DNA of 64,000 nucleotides, from positions 3,185 to 67,184 of the forward strand of contig CAZSBK010000005.1 of the NCBI GenBank assembly GCA_964604945.1, written 5' to 3'. The translations under genes were made by a program, and so were the position numbers. Source of the DNA: an uncultured Candidatus Solibacter sp. GTDB lineage: Bacteria > Acidobacteriota > Terriglobia > Bryobacterales > Bryobacteraceae. Positions 30,333-40,091 of this stretch are shown one piece after another (positions within the stretch are counted from its first letter, which is position 1; each line of letters opens with the position of its first letter). The notes under the pieces are model-generated. The model ran no database searches, was not told where the DNA came from, and worked only from the letters and a program-made list of their open reading frames with translations.

Positions 30333-31399
30333 TGGGCCTGGTCCTTCAGCAGCGCTTGGAGCATCGCCGTGGCGATGGCCGGCGCGCCCGATCCTTCTAG
30401 GTTTGCCATCACGGCGATGGCAATGCGCTTGCTCGGTACGAGCAACAGGTGCGTATTGGCGCCTTGCTGGCCGCCGCTGTGTTGAACCACCTTCACGCCA
30501 TCCACCTCCGTCACCACCCAGCCCAAGCCGTAGCCGGTCCCATCGCCGTTGGCCAACTTCTGAGGCGTCCACATCGTCTCCAGGCTCCGGCGCGTCACGA
30601 TCTTTCCGTCGTTCAGCGCTCTGGCAAACAGCACCAGATCGCTGGCAGTGGCCACCCATCCGCCCCCGGGCAGCTTGTTGCTCAGATCGGCGAGCGCGCA
30701 ATTCTGCAAAGTCCCGTCCTTGCGCAGAGAATACCCCCGCGCCCGGAACGGGATGACAGCATAGACGTCGTCGGGCCTCATTGTTTCGATGCCTGCCGGT
30801 ACGAGGATGGTTTCATGCACGTATTCGGCGAAACTGCGTTTGGCGGCGCGCTCCACCACGGCGCCTGCCAGGTTGAATCCGTAGCTCGAATAGAGGTACT
30901 TCGTTCCGGGCTGATGCTCAAGCGGATCCAGGGCGAAGATCGTCAACGGCTCCAGAACCCCGGTATAGTGATGCGTGCTATCGAAATCCTGACCCTTGTA
31001 GTGCCTGATGCCGGCCAGGTGCGAAAGCAGTTGCCGCGTGGTGATAGGCCACTTCTTGCGCGGGAATGGCACGTACTGCTGCACTTCTGCATCGAGACTC
31101 AACTCGCCCTTCTCCGCTAGCGCCATAGCCGCCGTCGCCGTGAACGTCTTCGAGATCGAAGCCAGCCGGAAGACGGTTCGCGGCGTCGCCGCGACATGGT
31201 TTTCAATGTCGGAAAAGCCCCACGCCCTGGCCCAGACGGGCGCGTCGCCGGTGGCCACGGCCACCGACAACGCTGGAATCCGATTGGCTGAAATGCCGGC
31301 CAGTGCGGTTTGTTCGAGCGAAGCCTCCTGGGCTGGACTCAATTGGCCCCAGGCGGCTGGAAGCAGACATGCGAGGAGTGTGGCCGTAGTGATGCGCAT
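30329..31399 (-). CDS. Serine hydrolase, beta-lactamase (class C/PBP4-like) family
   Basis: Signal peptide MRITTATLLACLLPAAWG. SxxK motif RLASISKTFTA. YSSYGFN (YxN-like). Confidence 0.8.
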   Translation of the reverse strand: MRITTATLLACLLPAAWGQLSPAQEASLEQTALAGISANRIPALSVAVATGDAPVWARAWGFSDIENHVAATPRTVFRLASISKTFTATAAMALAEKGELSLDAEVQQYVPFPRKKWPITTRQLLSHLAGIRHYKGQDFDSTHHYTGVLEPLTIFALDPLEHQPGTKYLYSSYGFNLAGAVVERAAKRSFAEYVHETILVPAGIETMRPDDVYAVIPFRARGYSLRKDGTLQNCALADLSNKLPGGGWVATASDLVLFARALNDGKIVTRRSLETMWTPQKLANGDGTGYGLGWVVTEVDGVKVVQHSGGQQGANTHLLLVPSKRIAIAVMANLEGSGAPAIATAMLQALLKDQAQ

Positions 31400-31559
31400 C
31401 ACTCTAAGGTTTACCAGATTCCGCGGCGATTTCCCTTTTCCCGGCGGCGAAGTGGGAGTACCCTGAGGGCGGAAAGGCTTGCTGAGTCCGCTGCCGCGCT
31501 CAAGTATGGCGGCAGCCGGGTTTCCACCGTTACCCCAACCCTGGGGAAAGGAGGCCATC

Positions 31560-31775
31560 ATGGCAGCGACGTCCACCGCACAGCCCGTTCTGACTGAGCA
31601 GGAATGGGATTTCATCGCCCTGCTGCTCAGCTCCGAGCAAGACCGGCTGATTCGCGAGATCAATCATTCAGTGACGCGCAGTTTCCGGCACTCTCTTCAC
31701 GACATACTCAGTATCGTTGAAAGCCTGCTCGCCCGGATTCCGCGCTTGGAGGAGTCATCACACCATGGATCGTAA
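31560..31775 (+). CDS. Hypothetical small protein (71 aa)
   Basis: AAGGAGG RBS lies 5-6 nt before ATG 31560. The sequence looks helical (LTEQEWDFIALLLSSEQDRLIREI). No family recognised. Confidence 0.4.
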   Translation: MAATSTAQPVLTEQEWDFIALLLSSEQDRLIREINHSVTRSFRHSLHDILSIVESLLARIPRLEESSHHGS

Positions 31776-31901
31776 ACAGCACCCGTTGGTTATTCGCCCA
31801 TGGAACGCCGGCCGGACTCATGCCCCTGTGGTCGCAACGCACGCCGGCAAGACCAGGGCGCCCCAAGCCCGCCAGAAACAGGCCGTGAAACGGAGCAAAC
31901 C

Positions 31902-32381
31902 ATGACCACTCTCGATCGCATACTCGCCCTGCTAGAAATGAGGGAAATCAGCTACACTCACGACCTCCACCCGCTCACATACACCGCCCGCGAGACCGCC
32001 TCGGTCGAGCACGTCCCGCCCCGCTGTTTCGCCAAGACCGTCATCGTGCACTTCTCTGATGGATTTGCCATGGCCGTCCTGCCGGCCGACCGCCATGTCG
32101 ATCTCGAAGAACTGCGGCTCGCCTTCGGCAGCCGCCAACTGCGCCTTGCCACCGAGACCGAGTTGCAGGAACTGTTCCCGGAGTGTGAACTGGGCGCCAT
32201 GCCGCCGTTCGGCAACGGCACCGTCTTCGATTTGCCCGTGTGGGCTGACGGCCTGGTCCTGGCCGAGGAACAGATCTGCTTCAACGCTGGCACCCATCGA
32301 GACGTGGTGCGCATCACCACCGAAGACTGGGAGCACCTGATCAGGCCTTCCGTGCTGGCCTTCGCCCAGGTGAGCCGTTAG
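31902..32381 (+). CDS. YbaK/EbsC-family aminoacyl-tRNA deacylase domain protein
   Basis: KTVIVHFSDGFAMAVLPADRHVDLEEL...LGAMPPFGN...ICFNAGTHRDVV pattern. Confidence 0.8.
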   Translation: MTTLDRILALLEMREISYTHDLHPLTYTARETASVEHVPPRCFAKTVIVHFSDGFAMAVLPADRHVDLEELRLAFGSRQLRLATETELQELFPECELGAMPPFGNGTVFDLPVWADGLVLAEEQICFNAGTHRDVVRITTEDWEHLIRPSVLAFAQVSR

Positions 32382-32504
32382 CTTTCTCTTCCCGAAATCG
32401 GTCGCCAACTGGCCGGCTGAGGTGATCCCTGCGTCTCGATAGGCGTACGTACAGAACCTGACGAACCAATTGGATAGACGGATTATCTTCCGGCAGGCTC
32501 TGCG

Positions 32505-34283
32505 CTAGAAGATGAAATTGAACCCACCGCGCAACGACCGTGGGAACTGGACCAGGTAGATGGTCCGGCCGTCCGGCGCTGGAATCGGCGTGTAGCCGGC
32601 AGCGAGCAGGTTGCGCACTTCGGCGATCATTTCGAACCGCCCTGGGATGATGCCGGAAGAAGGCAACGGTTGGCGCAACTGGAGATTCAAGCCGGCCTGA
32701 GGGCCGGTCCTCTGTGTCATCCAGGCGTGCGTCGCCGGAACTACCCCCTCAGGCGTCCAGACGTAAGTGGCTGCCAGGCGCGTCCCGGTCTGGCGGAACA
32801 GCCCGTTGACCCGCGCCGTGCCCCACATGCGCCGGTCGACGGCCAGCCGCGACCGCATCGTTTCCGGATCCACGCTCACTGGATCCATGCTGCTGGGCGC
32901 CAGCATGCCGCTCCAGCCAGTCATGATGCCTGCCGACCAGTCCTGGCCGAGCGTCCGCGACAACGACACCATCATGCCGTCAGTCCGGTACGCGCCCATG
33001 TTGAAAATGGAGCTGTTCGAGGCGATGTCCGGCAACAGATCCATCGAACTGTATAACCCGGCCGGTGCGGCCACGGTGAAAGCCGCGTCGCGGACTCTCT
33101 CGGTATAGGCCGCCGTCGCGATCGTCCAATTACCCATGAGCCGGCGGTAGCCGGCTTCGTAGGATTCAGTGCGCTGCACGCGGGCATGACCTCCGCGGAG
33201 GCTCACTCGCGGAAACATCGCCAGTCCAACCATGTCGCCCTGCAGGGACCCTTCCATCGATGTCGGCGATAGCAAATCCAGCGGCGGCGCCCCGCTCGAG
33301 TACGCCAACTCCACCACCCCCCGGCCGCCCAGATCCGTTGTCAGCCGGGCAAACGGGCTGAACATCGTCATGCGGTCCAGAAACGCCACTGCTTCCAACA
33401 GGGCGCCATACTCAAGCGAAACCTCCTCGGTGATCTGCTGCTGGTCTAACACCTTGGCCGACATGGTCCGCAACATTGGTGCTTCTGCGCCGCCCGGTCC
33501 GTCCAGCAACCGTTGACTGGCCGCATGACGCATCGAGACCTGCCGGACCGTCAGTTCCACGTCAGGGCTCGACAACCCCGAATAGCTCGTCCTGAAAGCC
33601 GTCACAGGCACGCCCATCGACGACGCGTAGCCCAGATTGCCCAGCACTCTGAGTTCGTTGCCCCCAAACACTGTTGTCGCCAGCGCGAAAGCAGTACCCA
33701 AATCGGGCTCATGGCCCAACACCGAACTCGATCCCTCACTGCCGGCCGAAACCCGCATCAGCCCGCGCGTCAGTTCAAAGCCCGATCGCTTGGCGCGCGG
33801 CGGTAGCCCCGGGAATTGAACGTCGAGGCCAGGTAGCGCGCGCAGCACCGGCCTGGTGACGCCTGAGGAGCGCAAGACCCACTTCCAATCCTCGGTCAGC
33901 AGCGGCGAACCCATCTCCGGCGCCGTGTAGACGAGTTCGATCGAACTGAAAATGGTTGCCAGTTCGATGCTCAGGAAGCTCTCCATGCCGGCTCGCACGG
34001 CGATATTGGTGCGGTTCGCCGGGACGTAGGTGCTCAGATTCACTCGGACGGCATACTGGTCCGGCGCCAACGCGCGAAATTCGAAGCGGCCCGATGCGTC
34101 GGTCAGGGCCTTCTCAATCAATCGCTCGTAACGGTTGTAGAGCGAGACCACCGCACCCATCTGGGTTGTGCCCGCCGGATTGCGCACCTCTCCCCTGATC
34201 GTGCCGAGCAACCTATACTCGGCCCCCAGGACCGTCACGGGCATCACTGCCAGCAACGCCATGAGTGCAACGCCGGCTTTCAT
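32505..34283 (-). CDS. Outer-membrane beta-barrel protein with an N-terminal carboxypeptidase-regulatory-like domain
   Basis: Signal peptide MKAGVALMALLAVMPVTVLGA. GTIRGEVRNPAG...SGRFEFRALAPDQYAVRV (CarboxypepD_reg). Alternating beta-strand pattern and terminal ...GGFNFIF. Confidence 0.7.
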   Translation of the reverse strand: MKAGVALMALLAVMPVTVLGAEYRLLGTIRGEVRNPAGTTQMGAVVSLYNRYERLIEKALTDASGRFEFRALAPDQYAVRVNLSTYVPANRTNIAVRAGMESFLSIELATIFSSIELVYTAPEMGSPLLTEDWKWVLRSSGVTRPVLRALPGLDVQFPGLPPRAKRSGFELTRGLMRVSAGSEGSSSVLGHEPDLGTAFALATTVFGGNELRVLGNLGYASSMGVPVTAFRTSYSGLSSPDVELTVRQVSMRHAASQRLLDGPGGAEAPMLRTMSAKVLDQQQITEEVSLEYGALLEAVAFLDRMTMFSPFARLTTDLGGRGVVELAYSSGAPPLDLLSPTSMEGSLQGDMVGLAMFPRVSLRGGHARVQRTESYEAGYRRLMGNWTIATAAYTERVRDAAFTVAAPAGLYSSMDLLPDIASNSSIFNMGAYRTDGMMVSLSRTLGQDWSAGIMTGWSGMLAPSSMDPVSVDPETMRSRLAVDRRMWGTARVNGLFRQTGTRLAATYVWTPEGVVPATHAWMTQRTGPQAGLNLQLRQPLPSSGIIPGRFEMIAEVRNLLAAGYTPIPAPDGRTIYLVQFPRSLRGGFNFIF

Positions 34284-34331
34284 AGGCTTCGTCGTCGCTG
34301 TGGGCCTCCTCGCCCAATTGGGGGGAACCAC

Positions 34332-35996
34332 TTAAGTTATAGAAAACTCCGCCTGTTGCGTCAAGCTTTCATTCTTCAGGCTATCGGTAACTTTCAGCTT
34401 CAGTATGTACTTGCCCGGCTCGAGCGAACCCAGCGGCAGCAGTTTCTCAATCGTCATCTGAGAGGCGGAACCCTCAAGGGCTGACACCTCTTCGGTGAAT
34501 TCCAGCACTTTCGAACTGTCACCGGCCTTCACAATCTCGTACTCCACCTGGCCGCGCGGCTTGTTGGTCTTCTCTTCCGGTTGGAAATTGTACAGCTTCA
34601 GAAAGATGCCCATCTTCTCCGATCGCTTGAAATTCACGTTCATCCGCGGCCGGACCTTCGACGAGCCGATCACGAACTGTCCCGACCCGATCGATTTGGT
34701 CGGCACCTTCTCCAGCACATCGGCCAGGATCAGCGAACTGGTGAAAAGCTGATCCTCTTCCATCCTGGGCACGTTCAGCGCCTGCTCGTAATTCACCATG
34801 TTGCCGCCCACGATGTCCTTGGCCACCACGTTCAGCCGGTACATGCCCGGCGCCAGCGGAACCGACTTCTGGTAAATCGACATCCCCTGGCTGACCTCTT
34901 GGAGCATCGAGGTCGGCACATCCACGGTCACCACATCCTCAAAAATGTTGGCCGGGCGGCGCGACATCGTTGAAATGCGCGCGTAAATGTTGACGATCGC
35001 CTTCGAAACCTCGCCCTCGGTCTTGAACTGCAAATCCTTGCGGCTGAACTGCAAGGTGATGTTGGTCATCACAGTCGAGGAAGTGGCGGGGAAGAAATCC
35101 ACCCGCGACTGCATCGGTAACACGTTATAGATAATCCGCGACGAAACCTGCGCTTCCAGGTCCTTGAACTTCACCGACGGCGGCTTCTGCAACAGCGCGA
35201 ACTGCTGCAAACGCTCGAATTGCTGCATCTTGGCCGGCAGTGGTTGCGTGCCCGTGCCCAAACGCGTGCCGTCCGTGCGGCTGAACCGGTCCGCCTTATC
35301 GGACATGCCCATCTCTTCCATCAGAGTCAGGCCAGCGCCGGGCACATGCAGCAAAGCGTCTTTCTCCGACGGGTCCATCGTCATCCGGTATTCGCCCGTC
35401 ATCGTCGGGTCGACAAACTCGATGTTCACGTCCGTACCGATGCCCTCGATCCAGCGGTACCGCCATTTCTCAAATGGATAGGTGGACGTCGTGCCGCCGC
35501 CTTCTTCGTACGGGCGCTCGTAAGTGCCGCCCGACGGGTGAGATTCGATCTCGTCCGGAGGCCCAAAGGTGATGTAGATCCGCCCCCGGTCGGTCTTCCA
35601 ACCCGGAATCCCCGATGCATACCGCTCGTTGGAGTATGCCATCCGGCGGTAGTGCTCTTCTTTGTACTCGTTCTCTATCGAATCCGGAGTCGGGTCGCGC
35701 CGCATCCAGAACTGCTCGATGAACTGTTCCATCTCCTCGGCCGTTGTGAAGTTCTTGAACGCCTTGCGCTCTTCGTCCGTGAGGATGTACAGTACATCCT
35801 CGTCAAGCCACTTCTTGTAGGGCCGTTCAAGCTCTTTCCGCAACCGCTCCTGTTGCTTCCGTGTCTCCTTTGCAGTCAATGGCTTGGCGACGGTTTCGCG
35901 CGGCGCCTCGCTTTTCTTTTGGGCTGCTGCCGGCAAGGTCCAGATCAGAAGCCCCACGGCCGTCAGGAATACGGAGAGAAAGTCTTTGCTCTTCAT
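34332..35996 (-). CDS. GWxTD domain-containing protein
   Basis: Signal peptide MKSKDFLSVFLTAVGLLIWTLPAAAQ. FIEQFWMRRDP...SGIPGWKTDRGRIYITFGPPDEIE contains the GWxTD signature. Confidence 0.8.
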   Translation of the reverse strand: MKSKDFLSVFLTAVGLLIWTLPAAAQKKSEAPRETVAKPLTAKETRKQQERLRKELERPYKKWLDEDVLYILTDEERKAFKNFTTAEEMEQFIEQFWMRRDPTPDSIENEYKEEHYRRMAYSNERYASGIPGWKTDRGRIYITFGPPDEIESHPSGGTYERPYEEGGGTTSTYPFEKWRYRWIEGIGTDVNIEFVDPTMTGEYRMTMDPSEKDALLHVPGAGLTLMEEMGMSDKADRFSRTDGTRLGTGTQPLPAKMQQFERLQQFALLQKPPSVKFKDLEAQVSSRIIYNVLPMQSRVDFFPATSSTVMTNITLQFSRKDLQFKTEGEVSKAIVNIYARISTMSRRPANIFEDVVTVDVPTSMLQEVSQGMSIYQKSVPLAPGMYRLNVVAKDIVGGNMVNYEQALNVPRMEEDQLFTSSLILADVLEKVPTKSIGSGQFVIGSSKVRPRMNVNFKRSEKMGIFLKLYNFQPEEKTNKPRGQVEYEIVKAGDSSKVLEFTEEVSALEGSASQMTIEKLLPLGSLEPGKYILKLKVTDSLKNESLTQQAEFSIT

Positions 35997-36158
35997 AGGC
36001 TTGCGTTGCGCGCCGCCAGGACTCGGCGCTCCTCTCCAGTCTAGCTCAATTCTAGGGCCACCCGGCCCACCGGTCAACCCGTCAACTCAATTGCGCAGGC
36101 AGAGTCAGCACTCCGGCGACTCATCCTGACGTTGGACGCCGCCGGCCGGCGGAGGGTT

Positions 36159-36923
36159 TCACTGTCCGGCGGTCCGCAGCGGGCGAAACTCCTCGCCTTC
36201 AACGCCCGAGGCAAACGGGCTGAAATCGGTGGCCACGTCATACACATCCACGGTCTCGGCCCGCTTCAGAGCGTTCACCACGCCATAGGTCACAGGCGTC
36301 ATCGCCGCCTCATAGAGCACCTTGCCCAGATACCCCGATATGATCAGGTTCACGATGGTTCCGGCGCTCGCCCGTCCGGCGAAAGCCAGCGTGATAATCA
36401 CTGTGGAATCCACGAGTTGCCCCACGGCCGTCGATCCGATCGTCCGCATCCAGAGGTGTTTTCCGCCGCTCAGGACCTTCATCCTCGCCATCACGTAGGA
36501 ATTGGCGAACTCACCCGCCCAGTAAGCCACCAGGCTGGCCGCCACCATCCTGGGGATAAAGCTGAACACGGTCTCGAATGCCCGCTGATTCTGCCACTCC
36601 GGCGCCGCCGGCAGAGCAACCACGATCATTCCGAACACGGCCATCAGTGCCGAGGCGAAAAAGCCCAGCCAGATCGCCCTCCGCGAACCGGCGTAGCCGT
36701 ACACTTCGGTGAAAATGTCGCCGAAGATGTACGTGATCGGGAACAGCAGTTGCGCCCCGCTGATTCGGAACGGCCCCACCGCGCAGATCTTTTGTCCGAT
36801 CAGGTTGCTGATCAGTAGAACGACGACAAACACCACCACCGCCAGGTCGAAATAGCGGAAGTGGTGCGTCGGGCGCTCGAACTTCTGCGCCGCCTGCGAA
36901 AGGACACGAGTCGTTGGATTCAT
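36159..36923 (-). CDS. yhhQ: Queuosine-precursor transporter (YhhQ/VUT family, DUF165)
   Basis: LLISNLIGQKI...LLFPITYIFGDIFTEVYGY...VGQLVDS motifs. Confidence 0.8.
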   Translation of the reverse strand: MNPTTRVLSQAAQKFERPTHHFRYFDLAVVVFVVVLLISNLIGQKICAVGPFRISGAQLLFPITYIFGDIFTEVYGYAGSRRAIWLGFFASALMAVFGMIVVALPAAPEWQNQRAFETVFSFIPRMVAASLVAYWAGEFANSYVMARMKVLSGGKHLWMRTIGSTAVGQLVDSTVIITLAFAGRASAGTIVNLIISGYLGKVLYEAAMTPVTYGVVNALKRAETVDVYDVATDFSPFASGVEGEEFRPLRTAGQ

Positions 36924-36980
36924 CCGAGCCTTTCCAGATTCGCCCCGCCGGCGCGGGGTCGCAAGAGATGACGCCGCTTG

Positions 36981-37454
36981 CTACTGCTTCGTGAAGACGG
37001 CCTTCATCGACACTTCGCCTGACGGCAGGACCATCTTGCTTTCCACCGTCATCGTTTTGCCGTCCCCGGACAGCGACCAGCGCTCGAAACCGGTGATCTC
37101 CACCTGCTGGCCGGCCACCGTCACGTTCCGCTTCGAATCGATCATCACGACGTCGCCCTCCCACTTCGGCGTATACAGCACCACGCCGCGCGGGTTCTCC
37201 TGCTTCTGTTCCTTGCCGTCGAGCGTGTATTCAGTCTCGGTCGTCCGGTCGCCCTTGGGCGTCGACTGGATGGTCTTGATCTTGATCGCCGGATCCTTGT
37301 GATCGATCACCCGCTCCATCTTGTCCGGCGGTGTCATTTGGCCGAAATCGCTCTTCGATGGGTCCAGTTTCCACGTTCCGGTGAAATCCGGCTTGCCGGC
37401 CGCCAGCGCCGTAACCGCCATCGCCATCAGCCCCAACACGATCCTGCGTTTCAT
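36981..37454 (-). CDS. Secreted lipocalin-like small protein, unknown function
   Basis: Signal peptide MKRRIVLGLMAMAVTALAAG. FTGTWKLDPSKSDFG start, typical of small beta-barrel proteins. Confidence 0.55.
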   Translation of the reverse strand: MKRRIVLGLMAMAVTALAAGKPDFTGTWKLDPSKSDFGQMTPPDKMERVIDHKDPAIKIKTIQSTPKGDRTTETEYTLDGKEQKQENPRGVVLYTPKWEGDVVMIDSKRNVTVAGQQVEITGFERWSLSGDGKTMTVESKMVLPSGEVSMKAVFTKQ

Positions 37455-37558
37455 ATCTTTGAGTTCCTTTCACTCAGTGGGACAGGTCTCCCGGCCTGTC
37501 CTCAAGCGGTCGTTTCCGCCGGCCAGCCTCTTCTCTTAGCCAGAATATCGCATAACGG

Positions 37559-38923
37559 TCAGCCAGCCTTCAGCACCAGTGACGTGTCCAGCAGGTACGG
37601 CGATACCACGCCGGGCAGGTTCGACAGTGGCAGAACGTCAGCGCCCAGCCACAACCCAAGTTCCCGCCCCATCCACTCCCGCCTCGCTTCGCACCGTGCC
37701 AGGCACCCCGGCGAGACCTCGCCGATCTCCTTCCTCAAGTGGTCGTCGGCCAGCGCGTAGCCGTCCTCCATCCGCGTCGAATAGTAGACCGGGTTGGATG
37801 GAATGACATCGGATTGCATCACCATGCCCGAACGAAATTCGACTCCCGACCCCGCCCACACCGGCGAACTGATCCACTCGTCGAATCCGATCAGGTGCCC
37901 GGCATTCAAGTTGATATTGAACTTCTCCTTGCTAAGCCGCTGATGAATCGCCTCATGCAGGTCTCCGCCGCACGCGCCGACCCTGAGCTTGCCGAACCAA
38001 CTGGCCATCGCGTCCATGTAGGGTCCGGCGAAGGCGTCGACATAATCTCTTGTTTCTTCCGCCAGTTCCCCCGGCCCGGCCACCGCCCAGCCGGCGCGGC
38101 AACAGTTCGCTCCCCAATAGCAGATTCCGCACGACAGCCGCCCCCCGCGCACCACCCGTTCGCCCCGGGCGCTGCCGAGCGACACCCGGTTCGAGCCGCA
38201 TTTTAGCGTCATGTGGCAGCCTAGCGGCACACCGTTGTACTCGGCCTGCTTCAGCAGGTCGTGATCCATCGCACCCGGTCCAGCCGCCTCCAGCACCCGT
38301 CTCATCCCGTCGCTGGCCAGCGTCCCGGTCCACTCGAAAAAGACAATCTCCTGGGCGGTGGCCACCGCCCGCAGCCCATCCGCAGGGTCAACAAACAACC
38401 CGGCGGCGTTCTCGACATGCTCCCATCCGGCCTCGAACCGTACGGCATCCACCAGGTAGCTGGGCGCATCGATCCTGCTCGGATCGTCATATTCCTTCCA
38501 TCCGGCCAGTCCCACCCGCGAGTGGGCATCCAGGCCTTCGCCGCGCAGGATCTCGGTCAGTGTCCTCGACTCGTCTTTCGGCATCGATGGCAGCGACAGC
38601 CATTGAAACCGTTCGACGCGCATCGGCGCCGCCGTCGCCGGCAGGTAGTTGACACACTCGTTGCCAGCCAGCATCAACGGATCGCCGCGCAATCCAACAA
38701 TGAGAAGCGCCTCCTCATACCGTGGATCGAAGCCGGCCAGCCACAACAGGTTGGCAAAGTGCTCCCTATCTCCATAGACAATCAGGTGCGTCCACCCCCG
38801 GCGTTCCATCCGCTGGCGGACGGCATCCAGTCTTAATTGATAATGCTCTCTCGATAGACGCCATCGCGGCGGCTCGCCGGCCCGCCCAAAATCCGGAACT
38901 TGACTCTCGATCAGCCTTGCCAT
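37559..38923 (-). CDS. M24/creatinase-prolidase-fold protein
   Basis: Start at MARLIESQ. Creatinase_N-like region (THLIVYGDREHFANLLWLAGFDPRYEEALLIV) and C-terminal pita-bread-like region (NLNAGHLIGFDEW...GMVMQSDVIP). Confidence 0.65.
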   Translation of the reverse strand: MARLIESQVPDFGRAGEPPRWRLSREHYQLRLDAVRQRMERRGWTHLIVYGDREHFANLLWLAGFDPRYEEALLIVGLRGDPLMLAGNECVNYLPATAAPMRVERFQWLSLPSMPKDESRTLTEILRGEGLDAHSRVGLAGWKEYDDPSRIDAPSYLVDAVRFEAGWEHVENAAGLFVDPADGLRAVATAQEIVFFEWTGTLASDGMRRVLEAAGPGAMDHDLLKQAEYNGVPLGCHMTLKCGSNRVSLGSARGERVVRGGRLSCGICYWGANCCRAGWAVAGPGELAEETRDYVDAFAGPYMDAMASWFGKLRVGACGGDLHEAIHQRLSKEKFNINLNAGHLIGFDEWISSPVWAGSGVEFRSGMVMQSDVIPSNPVYYSTRMEDGYALADDHLRKEIGEVSPGCLARCEARREWMGRELGLWLGADVLPLSNLPGVVSPYLLDTSLVLKAG

Positions 38924-40083
38924 TGGTCTACCACCATCCCGAATAGATCGCCCCACGGCCCGCCCATCCGCCCGAATCCCCGCTGCATCTCCACCCATTC
39001 CCGCCTGCCGGTATCCATCCCTGCCAACCCAAGACAGTAGCCGCGGTTTCGGCCCAGCGGCGTCATCTGCGGCTTTGTCCACTTTGACGGATCGGTCAGG
39101 TACCGCGAGATGTACTCAATGCTCCGCAGAACCCCCGCCCCGCCCTTCGTTCGGTAACTCCAAAGATCGCGTCCCCGCCGCTTCGCCATCCGGCACAACA
39201 GGGCAAAGCCGTCCAGATTCATGATCGAGTAGCTGAGCGACTTCGTCCGGGCCTCTTCCAAAGGCGCGCTCCCGTCGGGTCTCAACTGCCTTGGCACGAG
39301 ATCGGATTCGAGGAAGCCGTAGGCGATCTTCTCCTTTTGTTCGTCCAACGCGTAGAGCGCATAGGTGGCCACCTGCGCCGCCCACCACGTGGAATGGTTG
39401 TTGCCGTTGCCCGCTTCGTCCTTCCCTTTCTTCGAGTTAAGGAGCCAATCGAGGTAGGCGGCAAACCAGGCGCGAGTTCGTTTGGTCAACTCCGGCCGGC
39501 TGTCGCTGGCCTCCAGGAACGCGAGTCCCTGGACGCACCAAATCAATGGCCGGGTATCAATAATGCCGATCCCTCTGCCTGTCGTGACACCCCGAATCGC
39601 CTGGCCGTACTCGAGATTCGGATTCATTCGGGTCTTCGGATCGCCGAACCAGACGCGCGCCACTTCCCATGCCCGTGCCGCCGCAGCCTTGTCTTTCAGG
39701 AAAAACGACGCCATGCCCATGGACAACAGGGCCTCGGACATTTGCCCGAGATCGCGGTCGTTGTCGGCAAAGCGGTCAGGATTCACCACGCCGTCCCGCC
39801 TGACATACGGTCCGCTTGGGTTATTGGGATCGGGCCACCAATAAGGGCCCTCACTGAAGAAATCGTTTGGTCTTGCCTCGGTCAATCCCTCCTGGGGACG
39901 GTGGTAGGTCACACTCCACTGCCCTTGCCCCATCGCCTCGGCCGCCCGCTTCGACAACAGTCCACCCGGCTTCAACCGGACCGCCTCCTGCCGGGATAGG
40001 AGGATCAGGCTCCGCCCGTTTACCCCAAACGCGGGAAGGGCCGCCCCGGCGGCGGCCCCTTTCAGAAAAGTCCTGCGTTCCAT
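38911..40083 (-). CDS. Alginate-lyase-family (all-alpha polysaccharide lyase) protein with Tat leader
   Basis: MERRTFLKGAAAGAALPAFG. DFFSEGPYWWPDP...YVRRDGVVNPDR...NNHSTWWAAQVATYAL matches the Alginate_lyase domain pattern. Confidence 0.7.
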   Translation of the reverse strand: MERRTFLKGAAAGAALPAFGVNGRSLILLSRQEAVRLKPGGLLSKRAAEAMGQGQWSVTYHRPQEGLTEARPNDFFSEGPYWWPDPNNPSGPYVRRDGVVNPDRFADNDRDLGQMSEALLSMGMASFFLKDKAAAARAWEVARVWFGDPKTRMNPNLEYGQAIRGVTTGRGIGIIDTRPLIWCVQGLAFLEASDSRPELTKRTRAWFAAYLDWLLNSKKGKDEAGNGNNHSTWWAAQVATYALYALDEQKEKIAYGFLESDLVPRQLRPDGSAPLEEARTKSLSYSIMNLDGFALLCRMAKRRGRDLWSYRTKGGAGVLRSIEYISRYLTDPSKWTKPQMTPLGRNRGYCLGLAGMDTGRREWVEMQRGFGRMGGPWGDLFGMVVDQWQG

Positions 40084-40091
40084 CCTGCCGT

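Noticed and set aside
36924-36980. Possible preQ1 riboswitch upstream of the yhhQ-like transporter
   Set aside because: The 57-nt gap holds only a GC hairpin (CCCCGCcggcGCGGGG, 36943-36958), more consistent with the end of the upstream gene. No preQ1 aptamer consensus is recognisable.
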